Positions 40,301 through 52,289 of a DNA stretch of 64,000 bases are shown here, one piece after another. The first letter of the stretch is position 1. Each line of letters starts with the position of its first letter. Location of the stretch: assembly GCF_004010195.1 (NCBI RefSeq), contig NC_057734.1:45209605-45273604 (forward strand). Direction: 5' to 3'. Below the pieces are notes generated by a model. That model did not search any database. It was not told where the DNA came from and was given only the letters and a program-made list of their open reading frames with translations. The position numbers and the translations under genes were made by a program. Source of the stretch: Chiloscyllium plagiosum (lineage: Eukaryota).

Positions 40301-41202
40301 ACCGGACTCGAAACGTCAACTCTGCTTTCACTCCACAGACCTGCCAGACCTGCTGAATTTCTCGAGCAATTTCTATTTTTGTTGCTTGGACATCTCCCCG
40401 TCCTCTGGCACAGAGACTCTGGCGTCAGTTGTTATTGAGGCTGCGGTTAAGCAGCACAATCCTGGACTCACTCAGCAGAAAACCTTACAAACCTGCGAGA
40501 CTGTTCTTAACCAGTTAACGGGGTAGCTCTAGATCATTTGGAATTAATTTATATTCTATTATGAACAGGATGTTACAATTGCTGCTAAATAAAATATATA
40601 CCGTACTTTATTCTTCAACTTAATCAAATGTTGAATTCTATAGGAAAAGAGGTTTTACTCACTGCCTACGATCATCTTGGTGCCTGTGCCGAAGAAGTAA
40701 ATGTTGCTGCTCCATAAGGCACAGTAATAGTCCCCGGTGTCTCCCGATTCAACGTTACTGATACTTAACGTTCCTGTGTTGCCGGAGACAGAGCCCGAAA
40801 ACCGGTCTGGAACACCTGAGGCTCTGTTCGTGCTGCTGCCGGCCCAGTGATAAAGCAGACACCGAGGAGCATTTCCAGATTTCTGCTGATACCAATGAAT
40901 GGCGGCGCTTCCTAAGGTGACACCTGACAAGGTGCAACTAATCTGGACGGTCCCTCCGGGGGAAGTGGATTTTGAAAGCGGTTGATTAACCGTAATCTCT
41001 GCGCTCGAAACTGGAGGGGGAAAAAACATCGAAATTCTTACTGCTGCATACTTTGATCAATTATTGAAACTGTTGAATATATACGCACTGGAAAAATCAC
41101 CCCAAATAATCTTCACAAAATGGATTTCACAGTAATTCTAATATGAGAACACCCACCTGCAACGCAGAAAGAGAACACAACAACACGTGCCCAGTCAGAC
41201 AT
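36979..41202 (-). CDS. IGL: Intact Ig light chain gene 2 (lambda/type II-like, germline-joined VJ): join of leader 41157-41202, VJ 40663-41010, C 36979-37301
   Basis: Three exons with canonical GT/AG, phase-1 junctions and an open frame: MSDWARVVVFSFCVA-VSSA-EITVNQPLSKS...ISC...WYQQKSG...DYYCALWSSNIYFFGTGTKMIVG-SPRKPSVSLLPPSS...ATLVCLVSGFNPG...YSCGVKHETQ...SRSSCV*. Octamer promoter and AATAAA are present. Confidence 0.95.
38706..39017 (+). mobile_element. HE1-type tRNA-derived SINE in the gene 2 J-C intron
   Basis: Pol III A/B boxes (TGGCACAGTGG; GGTTCAATTCC), V-SINE core, (TAATC)n tail, TAAAT TSD; absent from the gene 1 intron. Confidence 0.9.
40284..40321 (+). ncRNA. Minimal hammerhead ribozyme in the gene 2 J-C intron (antisense to IgL)
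   Basis: AGUU-CUGAUGA-A-GAGU(GACCGG)ACUC-GAAA-CG-UC-AACU; stems I and II are perfect. Confidence 0.72.
40663..41010 (-). CDS. Gene 2 pre-joined V-J exon
   Basis: Acceptor CCCCCTCCAG|TT; conserved Cys/Trp/YYC and FGTGT in one 348-nt exon; donor GGCA|GTGAGT; no heptamer/nonamer between V and J. Confidence 0.95.
41157..41202 (-). CDS. Gene 2 leader (signal peptide) exon
   Basis: ACC-ATG TCT GAC TGG... encodes MSDWARVVVFSFCVA(G); donor GCAG|GTGGGT; 146-bp intron to VJ. Confidence 0.9.
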
Positions 41203-41277
41203 GGTGAAAAGTTTAACGAGCTTGAGATGCACTGAGAGCTGTTTAAGCAGATGGATTCAGTACCTGAAAGGTTCACT

Positions 41278-41330
41278 CTTTTAATAAGACCTGACACCAA
41301 GAGGGTGTTGCCCTCTGCTGTTATGCAAAT
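41278..41330 (-). promoter_or_regulatory. Gene 2 promoter: octamer ATTTGCAT (41323-41330) and TATA-like TTATTAAAAG (41278-41287)
   Basis: Perfect octamer in light-chain orientation about 120 bp upstream of the ATG, with a TATA-like element about 35 bp downstream of it; same layout in all three units. Confidence 0.85.
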
Positions 41331-44301
41331 TAATAGTTTCATCTCAACCAATCAATCTCTGAAACCCAAGGACAATCTCAAAATCTCTTCAGTGGACAGC
41401 AAATACAAGGAAGGTTATGGAAAAGCGAGATGCGGATGCGGAAATTGCAAGAGTAAAAAGAAAATATCTGTCTATATCAGTGCATGAAATAGCGTGGAGC
41501 GAGAAACTGGATCCACATTTCATTTCGTGACCTTTCTATAGAAGCTCAACTTACCAAAAGCCTTACCACGCGCCCAGCGTGTGTTCTGTACATTCTATAT
41601 TGCGAAATTGAATGTGAATACTTGGAACAAGCAACAACAAAAGATGTCACAAACAGATGTAACATTTCTAGTTCAGAGACTGCTTCAGTTCCAGAGAACG
41701 TGAAACGTTGCCTCTGTTTTTATTGCTGCCAGACCTGCTGTGGTTCTTCGGTACTGTCTGTTTGTTTATGATTTCCAGCATCCGCAGCATTTTGTGCTGA
41801 AGCTTGCATCCAGTCCTCCCAGTATTGGCTCCGACTCCATAAACGGGATAATTGGTCACTGGGATGGACAGCTATACTCAAGCATAGCATTTCCTGAACT
41901 GATATAGCCAGAATTTTCTGTTTATTCTCTGCATTTCAACATCCTCTGCATATTGATTTTGTAACACCTCCGTCTTCTAACACCTTCCTTGCAGTTACTG
42001 TTCGCTGAAGGAATTTTGAGATTGCATTTAGGTTTCACAGACTGAGTGGCTGAGTTGAAAACATCCATTAATTTTTATTTTAAATTATGGGCCAAAGTCA
42101 GGAATATGGGGCAGGCCCACAGATCAACGATATGTCATTAAATTTCGGAACAGGGTTGAAATGATGAATGATCTATTCCAGTTCCGAAGTTACACAGTTT
42201 CTCCATTGAACGGTCATGACACCAAGGAACGTTGTGAAAAGAAAACAGACAAATATGTCACAAATGGATTGAGGAACGGGCACGAACTTCCAATGGAAAT
42301 GAAAAACCGAGATGCAAACATTTTGTGTAACTCACGCTATTTCCGCTGCAGTTTGAATGGTTAATGAAATCCCAATAATGTCTCACACACTCAGGACGTT
42401 AAGAACAAATCTTTGGATTTGTGACTTAATAGGCGATACGTCAGTAACGAAGCAGATGGTGGGTTCTTGCATACAAAATGATCCCGTGAATGAGTATGGA
42501 ATTAAACTGTGAAAGTTTTCTTCAGTTTCTGATGAAAGACCACGACAACATAAGATTGCCTCTTTCTTTCCACCGGAATCTGCAATGCATGTTGAGTATT
42601 CCCAGAATTTTCCTGTTTTTATTCTGAAGGTTGAATTAATTAAACCTAAGATTCAAGTATTTTGCAATCTTATCTTTTTATGTTTGATTCAAGATATATT
42701 GTTGTAAATAGCTGTAGAAATGCGTAGAGTCGCCTTCTATTAAAATAAAATAATGTAAGTAAAACGTGCTTTTGCCAACAGTTTTGTAAAACTGAGTGAA
42801 CTTTCAGTAAACAGCGTGTTTTGTTCGCATTTGTATTTATTGCAAGGATTTTCACTTGATACTATGACACAATTCCTTACATAAAACATTTTCTTAGATA
42901 TCAAGTTGTGACTTACAAGGGCTGTCCATTGGCTAAACTACTACGTCAAAATCTGAGCTTTGATTTCTTTGCCTCCTGTAGTAGCGCCACTTAACTTTTG
43001 GCCCAGTGCACACAGCAGGACGATCTTATCCCTTTGTTGGTTCTTCCTTTATCATCAAGATCTGAGATTATAACTCAGGTAAAGCTGTTGCACCACATTA
43101 CAACGATCTTAGCTCAGCGCTCAAGGGAGTGCTTGAGGATACTCTCAAAATTGACCAATCACATGAAGCGGTTTTTCAGTCCCCTACCGATCCTTGTAAC
43201 ATGGGCCTGAAGTCAAACTTTTCTGCTTCAAGTTATTGATTCAAACAAAATCCAGCTAGGCATAAACATTCTCGTGGCCCTCCCGAAATATGATGTGGGG
43301 GAGCCAGGTGTTGGCCTGTGGTGGACAAAGTTAAAAATCACACGACACCAAGTTATAGTCCAACAAGTCTCTTTGGAAGCGCTAGCTTTCGGAGCGCTGC
43401 TCGTTCATCAGGTAACAGAACTCTGAAAACTAGTGCTTTCAAATAGACCTTTTGGACTAGAACCTGGTGTTGTGTGAGTTTTAACTTTGTCTCCCTAAAT
43501 ACGCATAGATTGGAAATACGTTGTTTGGGCCTGAGTCAGCGCTGGGACCTCGGTGATTTATACAACACATGAATGGCATAATTCAAGTGAAAATAACAAC
43601 GTATCCAAGTTGGCTGATAATGCAAAACCAAATGGGAATGCAGAGTGCAAGACGGCGGAGGACACAAACAGACTGAAAATTCATAAAGAGGGGTTGATTG
43701 AATCCTAAATATGCTCAACTTGGACAAATGTGAAGTATCCACTTGGCAGAACAAATAACAAAGCAGAATATTTATAACCTCTATGAAAAGTCGAAATACT
43801 AATGCCCATAACATTTTCAGTATATGAGTACAGAAACAAGTACAACAATTTGCAAAGGAAGGGTTGGGAGAGTAAGAATAAGTCAATCTCGCTCTATTTG
43901 CATAGGAGTAGTCTTTGGGTATGGAAGAAGGTTGTTGGGTGATACAGTGCTTAGTTTCGGTTGCATATTTAAAGGAGGATATCCTTGCATTGCAGTTGCT
44001 ACAGGGAAGGGTCATGTGATAATTTCCTGGAGACACAGGGTTGTGAGGCTGAGTACATTGCGTCCGTATCTTTTGGTGGTTCTCTGGAATGAAAATCTAT
44101 TTCATTGAAACTTAGTGCATTCTGAGGGGACTTGAGCTGCTAAACACTGAAAAGACGAAGTCCCGTAGCTTTCAATCCGAATCAGACATCATAGTCTCAC
44201 TTTAAAACGAAATAAGTGACTTTATTTTGTCATCAAATTCTCCTTGAAAAACCATGAAAATTAAACCACTGCAAAGCATTTGCAAAGAAATTGTGCTGAT
44301 T

Positions 44302-44572
44302 TAGAGTCATAGAGGCATCGAGATGTACAAGACGGAAACACACCCTTCGGATCAACTCAATCTAGTCTCATTTGCCAGCACTTGGCCCATATCCTCAAAA
44401 CCCTTTCTATTCATATACACATCCAGATGTCTTTTAATTGCACCAGCTTCCACCACTTCCGCTGGCAGCTCATTCCATACACGCACCACTCTCTGCGTGA
44501 AAATGTTGCCCCTTCGGTCCTTTTCATATATTTCGCCTCTCACCCTAAAGCTTTGCCCTCCAGTTCTGGACG
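44302..44572 (-). mobile_element. CR1 LINE 3' end
   Basis: NIFTQRVVRVWNELP and CR1 tail. Confidence 0.85.
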
Positions 44573-45389
44573 TTTACCACTTCACTGATTACTTGCATGT
44601 TACTATAGAATTGTGGGACAATTAACAATGACTGTAATTTATGGGGAAAGAACCAATAGGCATGATCTGACCTCTCAATAAACTGCAAATAAAGAAGGCA
44701 ATGGGAAGGTGGAGGGGGAAATCTTGCTGCCAGTGCCTGGGCTTTTAAAACAATGAGGGCGGGGTGAGCGGATGTGAGGGATGTAAAGACCTGAAGTCTG
44801 TTTGCATCTTTCTCGCATCTATGACCTGCCCTCTCCAGCCCCACAGGTCATGCTCAGCAGCAGATAAATCTGCGCTGAGCTGCTGCAGGACTAAGTTGCA
44901 GCTGCTGTCAGTTCAGCGACTCTCTCATGAACGTATTCGAAACTGGCTGGCAGAGCGGACCCAGCCACTTGTGCCTGTCTAAGCTGAACGCAACGTTCTG
45001 ATGGCTTGCACCACAGCAGTGTTGAAAAGACTTGCTATATCAGATCAAAACTTTTAACTCTTTCTGGAACAAATTAAGTTTTCACCAAAGCATCTGTTAG
45101 TTTCTGCAAGTGGGTCTCTATCACTGTCTCTTTCGTAAAATGTGTGCACCTGCCGCTCTAAATTCTTGACGTGTATCTGACGTGTCCTATGTGTTGGTGA
45201 ATAACATGAAACGTGTACTTCCGAATTTGCAGGGGTATCACTGTCTGTTATGGGCAGCTGCGACGAACGAGTCATGGAGATGGAGAGGCAGGGTTTCCGT
45301 GATCACAGACTCTCCCTTCTTCAAAGTGCACGGGTTTGCGGTGAACGTCAGTGTTACCGCACCGCCAGCTCTGCCCACGCATGTAGAGT

Positions 45390-45403
45390 GCGCCCCCTGC
45401 TGC
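45390..45403 (-). promoter_or_regulatory. Candidate CTCF site upstream of gene 2
   Basis: Same 14-mer as 23361-23374, within diverged flanks. Confidence 0.55.
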
Positions 45404-46644
45404 TCCGTTTCATGATGCCTTTCTTCCTCCTTCAAAACAGTTCTATATTACGTTTGTGGAAAACCCACGGTTCTGTTCCTGGAACAACATTCCATTGTAG
45501 ACACTAAGCAGCTACCGCTGCTGAATTACTGCCGTCACCAGTTGACGTGCCCATTGACCCTGTGGATTGCTCAGAGGAAAGCATTTATAAGTATTAAATA
45601 CAACTAATTATTTTGTTCATGATTTACTCTTTCAGCTCGTGATGTCCTCCTTGTACATAGAGTCACAGCGTCATACAGCACGGAAACAGATCCTTCGGCG
45701 CAAACAGTCCATACCGAATATAATCCCGAACAAAACTCGCCCTACCTGCCTACACTTGGCTCATATACCTCCGAACATTTCCTATTTGTTTACTTATGCA
45801 AATGTCTTTTATATGCTCTAACTGTATTAACATCCACCACATCCTCTGGAAGTTCATTCCACACATGAACCACACTGTGCAAAAAAGTTGTTCCTCAGTT
45901 CTTTTTAAAATCTTTCTCTGTTCATCTTCAAAATTTGCCCCAGTCTTGAAATTCGTCGCCCGACGAAAAAAGAAATCACATGCCATTCACCTTTGCTATA
46001 TCCCTCGTGATTTCATAAGCCTCTATTAGGTCACCCCCTAACCTCCTACGCTCCAGTGAGAAAAGTCACAATCTCTCCAGCCTGGCAACATCCGGGTAAA
46101 TCTCTTCTGAACCCTCTCCAGCTTAATGATATCATACGTATTACTGGGCGATCAGAACTGGACCCAATACTCCAGAAAAGGCCTCACCAACCTACTGTAC
46201 ATCTTCAACATGATGTCTGAACTCCTGTACTCAAAGCTCTGAACACTGAAGGCAAATGTCCTAAACGCGTTCTTAACCACCCCGTCTGCATGTGGCGCAC
46301 ACTTCAAACAATTATATGCCTGACTCCCTGGTCTCTCTGTTCTACAACAATTCCCACGGCTCTTTTTTTAATTGAATAAGTCCTGCCCTTGTTAATTTTA
46401 TCAATTACCTCACATTTATCCAAAATAGAATATCCTCAGCCCATTAAACCAAGAGCTTTGACGAAGGGTCAGTTAGACTCGAAACGTCAGCTCTTTTCTC
46501 TCCTTACACATGCTGCCAGACCTGCTGAAATTTTTCCAACATTTTCTCTTTTGGTGGGCAGGTGAGACTAATTTACTGTGGGAACATGGTCAGCATAGAG
46601 TGGTTGGAACAAAGGGTCTGTGTCCTTGCTGTTGGACTGTAGCG

Positions 46645-49600
46645 ATTTACGGCATGAGATTTGTTCGAGGTTTTGATTGAATCTTATCAGATCGAGTGGA
46701 TCGGTTGGAGAGACAGATAGAAGCGATGAGGAATTTGCAACAGCAACAGTATGTGATTGATGGCAGTTATAGGAAAGGGGAATGTCTAAGATATAATCAC
46801 ATAGATGGGTTAACTCCAGGAAGGGTGAGATAGGTCGGTACCTAGGGCAGGAGTCATTTGTGGATATACCCATTTCAAACAGGACGCTGTTTTGGAAAAT
46901 GGAGGGGGTGGTGGATTCTCAGGGGAATGTAGCACGAACAGCCAAGTTTCTGGTATTGAGACTGGCTCTAATGCAACGAGGGGTACATCGGCTTCCAACA
47001 GATCAATTGTGTTAGGGGATTCTGTAGTCAGAGGTAGAGACAGACATTTCTGTGGCCAGCAGAGAAAAAGCAGAATGGTGTGTTGTTTCCCTGGTGCCAG
47101 GATCAAGGATGTCTCAGAGGGGGTGCAGAATGTTCTCACGGGGGAGAAGGGCCAGCAGGAGGTCATTGCCCATGTTGGAACCAACGACATTGGAAGGGAA
47201 GTTTGAGATTCTGAAGGAAGATTACAGAGAGTTAGGCAGGAATTTAAAAAGGAGGTCCTCAAGGGTAGTAATATCTAGATAAGTCCCAGCGCTACGAGCT
47301 AGTGAGGGCAGGAATAGGAGGTTAGAGCAGATGAATGCATGGCTGAGGAGCTGGTGTATGGGAGAAGGATTCACATTTTTGGATCATTGAAAAGTCTTTT
47401 GGGATAGAAGTGACCTGTACAAGAAGAACGGATTCATCTAAATTGGAAGGGGACTAATTTACTGGCAGGGACATTTGCTAGAACTGCTTGGGAGGATTTA
47501 AACTAGTAAGGTGGAGGGTGGGTGGGGGGGGGGGGGGGTGGNNNNNNNNNNNNNNNNNNNNNNNNNNNNNNNNNNNNNNNNNNNNNNNNNNNNNNNNNNN
47601 NNNNNNNNNNNNNNNNNNNNNNNNNNNNNNNNNNNNNNNNNNNNNNNNNNNNNNNNNNNNNNNNNNNNNNNNNNNNNNNNNNNNNNNNNNNNNNNNNNNN
47701 NNNNNNNNNNNNNNNNNNNNNNNNNNNNNNNNNNNNNNNNNNNNNNNNNNNNNNNNNNNNNNNNNNNNNNNNNNNNNNNNNNNNNNNNNNNNNNNNNNNN
47801 NNNNNNNNNNNNNNNNNNNNNNNNNNNNNNNNNNNNNNNNNNNNNNNNNNNNNNNNNNNNNNNNNNNNNNNNNNNNNNNNNNNNNNNNNNNNNNNNNNNN
47901 NNNNNNNNNGTTAAGGGTTTAGATGGAGAGGAATTTGTTAAGTGTGTACAAGACAATTTTCTGATTCAGTATGTGGATGTACCTACTAAAAAAGGTGCAG
48001 GACTTGACCTACTCTTGGGAAATAAGGCATGGCAGGTGACTGAGGTGTCAGTGGGGGAGCACTTTGGGGACAGCGACTATAATTCTATTCGTTTTAAAAT
48101 AGTGATGGAAAAGGATAGGCCAGATCTAAAAGTTGAAGTTCTAAATTGGAGAAAGGCCAATTTTGACGGTATTAGGCAAGAACGTTCGAAAGCTGATTGG
48201 AGGCAGATGTTCACAGGCAAAGGGATGGCTGGAAAATGGGAAGCCTTCAGAAATGAGATAACAAGAATCCAGAGAAAGTATATTCTTGTCAGGGTGACAG
48301 GGAAGGCTGGCAGGTATAGGGAATGCTGGATAAGTAAAGAAATTGAGGATTTGGTTAAGAAAAAGAAGGAAGCATATGTCAGGTATAGACAGGATAGAGA
48401 TCGAGTGAATCCTTAGAAGAGTATAAAGAAAGTAGGAGTATACTTAAGAGGGAAATCAGGAGGGCAAAACGGGGGCATGAGATAGCTTTGGCAAATAGAA
48501 TTGAGGAGATTCCAAAGGGGTTTTACAAATATATTACGGACAAAAGGGTAAGTGGGAGAGAATAGGGCCCCTCAAAGATCAGCAAGGCGGCCTTTGTGTG
48601 GAGCTACAGAAAATGAGGGAGATACTAAATGAATATTTTGCATCAGTATTTACTGTGGAAAAGGATATGGACGATATAAACTATAGGGAAATATATGGTG
48701 ACATCTTGCAAAATGTCCAGATTACAGAGGAGGAAGTGCTGGATGTCTTGAAATGGTTAAAAGTGGATAAATTCCCAGGACCTGATCAGGTGTACGGAGA
48801 GCTCTGTGGGAAGCTAGAGAAGTGATTGCTGGGCCTCTTACTGAGATATTTTTATCATCGATAGTCACAGGTGAGGTGCCAGAAGACTGAAGGTTGGCAA
48901 ACGTGGTGCCACTGTTTAAGAAGGGCAGTAAAGACAAGCCAGGTAACTATAGACCGGTGAGTCTGACCTCGGTGGTGGGCAAGTTGTTGGAGGGAATCCT
49001 GAGGGGCAGGATATACATGTAATTAGAAAGGCAAGGACTGATTCGAAATAGTCAACATGGCTTTGTGCATGGGAAATCATGTCTCACAAACTTCATTGAG
49101 TCTTTTGAAGAAGTAACAAAGAAGATTGATGAGGGCAGAGCAGTAGATGTGATCTATATGGGCTTCAGTAAGGCGTTTGACAAGGTTCCCCATGGGAGAC
49201 TGATTAGCAAGCTTAGATCTCATGGAATCAAGGGAGAACTAGCCATTTGGATACAGATCTGGCTCAAAGGTAGAAGACAGAGGGTGGCGGTGGAGGGCTG
49301 TTTTTCAGACTGGAGGTCTGTGACCAATGGAGTGCCACAAGGATCGGTGCTGGGCCCTCTACTTTTTGTCATTTACATAAATGATTTGGATGCGATCATA
49401 AGAGGTACAGTTAGTAAGTTTGCAGATGACACCAAAATTGGAGGTGTAGTGGACAGCGAAGAGGGTTACCTCAGATTACAACAGGATCTGACCAGATGGG
49501 CCAATGGGCTGAGAAGTGGCAGATGGAGTTTAATTCAGATAAATGCGAGGTGCTGCATTTTGGGAAAGCAAATCTTAGCAGGACTTACACATTTAATGGT

Positions 49601-50322
49601 AGGTTCCTAGGGAGTGTTGCTGAACAAAGAGCCCTTGGAGTGCAGGTTCATAGCTCCTTGATAGGTCGCAGGTAGATAGGATACTGAAGAAGGCGTTTGG
49701 TATGCTTTCCTTATTGGTCAAAGTATTGAGTACAGGAGTTGTTAGGTCATGTTGTAGCTGTACAGGACATTGATTAGGCCACTATTGGAATTCTGGTCTC
49801 CTTTCTCTCAGAAAGATGTTGCGAAACTTGAAAGGGTTCAGAAAAGATTTACAAGGATCTTGCTAGAGTTGGAGGATCTGAGCTACAGGGAGAGGCAGAA
49901 CAGGCTGGGGCTGTTTTCCCTGGAGTGTCGGAGGCTGCGGGGTGACCTTTCAGAGGTTTACAAAATTATGAGGGGTATGGATAGGATAAATAGACAAAGT
50001 ATTTTCCATGGGGCTGGGGAGTCCAGAACTAGAGAGCATAGGTTTAGGATGAGAGGGGAAAGATACAAAATAGACCTAACAGGCAACATTTTCACGCAGA
50101 GCGTGGTACTTGTATGGAATGAGCTGCCAGAGGATGTGGTGGAAACTTGTACAATCACAACATTTAAGAGGCATTTGGATGGGTATATGAATAGGAAGTG
50201 TTTGGAGGGATATGGGCCGGGTGCTGGCAGGTGGGACTCGATTGGTTTGGGGTATCTAGTCGGCATGGACGGATTGCACTGAAGGTTTGCATGCTGTAAA
50301 TCTCTATGACTCCATGACTCTA
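46645..50322 (+). mobile_element. Near full-length CR1 LINE (ORF1 SGNH-esterase, ORF2 EN-RT), frameshifted
   Basis: IVLGDSVVRG..CFPGARIKDV..HVGTND; LDLLL..GEHFGDSD; FSKAFDKVPH; GVPQGSVLGPLLF; KFADDTK; tail CTATGACTC. Confidence 0.93.
47542..47909. other. Assembly gap
   Basis: Run of N. Confidence 1.
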
Positions 50323-50338
50323 CAACTGATGAAGATTT

Positions 50339-50596
50339 AGGGTGTAGGTTTGCTCGCTGAGCTGTAAGTTTGATATCCAGACGTTTCAGTACCTGGCTAG
50401 GTAACATCATCAGTGGTGACCTCCAAGTGAAGCGAAGCTGTTGTCTCCTGCTTTCTATTTATATGTTTGCCCTGGATGGGGTTTCTGGGGCTTGTGGTGA
50501 TGTCATTTCCTGTTCATTTTCTGAGGGGTTGATAGATGTTATCTATATCTATGTGCTTGTTTATGGCGTTGTGGTTGGAGTGCCAGGCCTCTAGAA
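50339..50596 (-). mobile_element. Penelope 3' fragment
   Basis: FLEAWHS motif, hammerhead at 50377-50416, ATGAAGATTT repeated at both flanks. Confidence 0.78.
50377..50416 (-). ncRNA. Minimal hammerhead ribozyme
   Basis: CCA-CUGAUGA...GAAA-CG-UC-UGG. Confidence 0.55.
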
Positions 50597-51816
50597 ATGA
50601 AGATTTCTTTGTAATCTTAGATAACCTTCTTCATTGTCCACTATACTGCCACTGGTGTCATCCGCAAACTTGCTAATCATGCCTTCTATATCCTCATTTA
50701 ATTCATTCATATAGGTGACAAACACAAGTGAATCCAGAACCGAACCCTGCAGAACACTGCTGGTAACAGGTCTCCAGCCTGAAAAACAATACTGAACTAC
50801 TACTCTGTGGTTCCTCCTGTACAGCCAATTTTGTACCCATTTGGCAAGCTCACCCTCAATCCCATGTGATCTTACTTAATACATGAGTCTACGCTGTGGA
50901 ACATTGTCAAAGGTTTTGAAAAGTCCAAATAAATATCCTAGATGGAGCACTGTTTGGTAGTCCCCAAAACCGCCAACTTGCCCTGTTAGGTGAGCAAATT
51001 TCAGAACATTTCCCATCTCTGAATGGGACTTCATTTCAAAACAAGGAAAACCGAATGGGATGTGCGGGGCTGTGGCTTCAGTATCTCTGCATTGAGAATT
51101 CACACCTCCATCTGGATGAATGCACTCAAGAAAAGGCACGCTGTAAGTTAAAGCTCTGCTGTTTGTTTTCTGGTCAGACAATAATAGAAATCCTGCGGGA
51201 ATATCTGCGGTAACCCTTCAGATGAATACACTGGTCCGATTAAAGGTGAATTGATCTGAAGCCAGGCTGGTGCTCCCGGACTTGGAGGGACGAGCCGTTC
51301 AATTTCTCAATGAAACTTAAATGTCACAAATCCCATGTCAGCCCGCCATAACCCCCAATCAATTCGGAGGAAGGGAGATGCACGTTTGGAATGGGTGAGC
51401 TTTTCATAGAAGGAGACTGAGAGATACGCAACAGGTGAGAGGGAGGCAGGTACAGCCCTAGCCCTGCCCTAAACAAAAGCTGGGGGACCCTGTCCTGTTG
51501 TACCTGAGAGAGCAGGCAGACAGCTACAGGGGCTGGCATATATCCATCCTGCCCTCTGCACCGGGCAACTCAAGCATCAGTTCTTTGACTGGCAGCTTGA
51601 ACACTGAGCACTGCTGCTATGCTGCTATATGTGAGAAAGAGTCAGATGGAGAAATCTGTCCAACATGTAGTTCTGCAGAGGGAGAGAGAATTTGCAATCA
51701 CATCTTCTCTCTCTCCCCCCGGGGAATACAGGGCACCTGGGAGAGACAAGCGGTCAGAACAGGGGGCCAATGCTTCAGGGTACTGCAGAGAGAAGGGGCT
51801 GGAGGAGGCAAGGATA

Positions 51817-52282
51817 GATTCCAGTCTGCAACTCACTCCAGGGTATTTCTTATTCTGTACATAAACCGCCCAAAACTCTCGATTAGATTCTAGTCTGCAA
51901 TTCACTCACTGCAGGGCACGTTATTCGATATATAAATCAACTGAACCTCTCACAAAGATTCCAGTCTGTAACTCCGCCCCTGGTACCTGTTATTCTATAT
52001 ACAGGTCTCCTGAACCCCTGCGGTTAGATTCCAGCCTGTAACTCCCTCCCAGTTATCTGTTATTCTATACATAAATCACCCTGAATGGCTTGAATACATT
52101 CCGGACTGTAACTGACTCCTGGGTATCTGTTATTATATGTATGAGTCATCTGAACACCACGATTTGATTCCAGCCTAAAACTCACTCCCTGGTCTGTTAT
52201 TCCAAACATAAACAATCTGAACTCCTCAATTAGATTCCAGTTTCTAACTCACTCCTGGATATCTGTTATTCAATGCATAGAA
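51817..52282. repeat. Diverged ~70-bp minisatellite, 7 units
   Basis: Units start GATTCCAG.CTG.AACTC at 51817, 51886, 51957, 52027, 52097, 52166 and 52233. Confidence 0.9.
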
Positions 52283-52289
52283 ATGTATT

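Noticed and set aside
51817-52282. CRISPR-like periodic array
   Set aside because: Units are homologous along their whole length with no unique spacers, there are no cas genes, and the context is vertebrate; it is a minisatellite.
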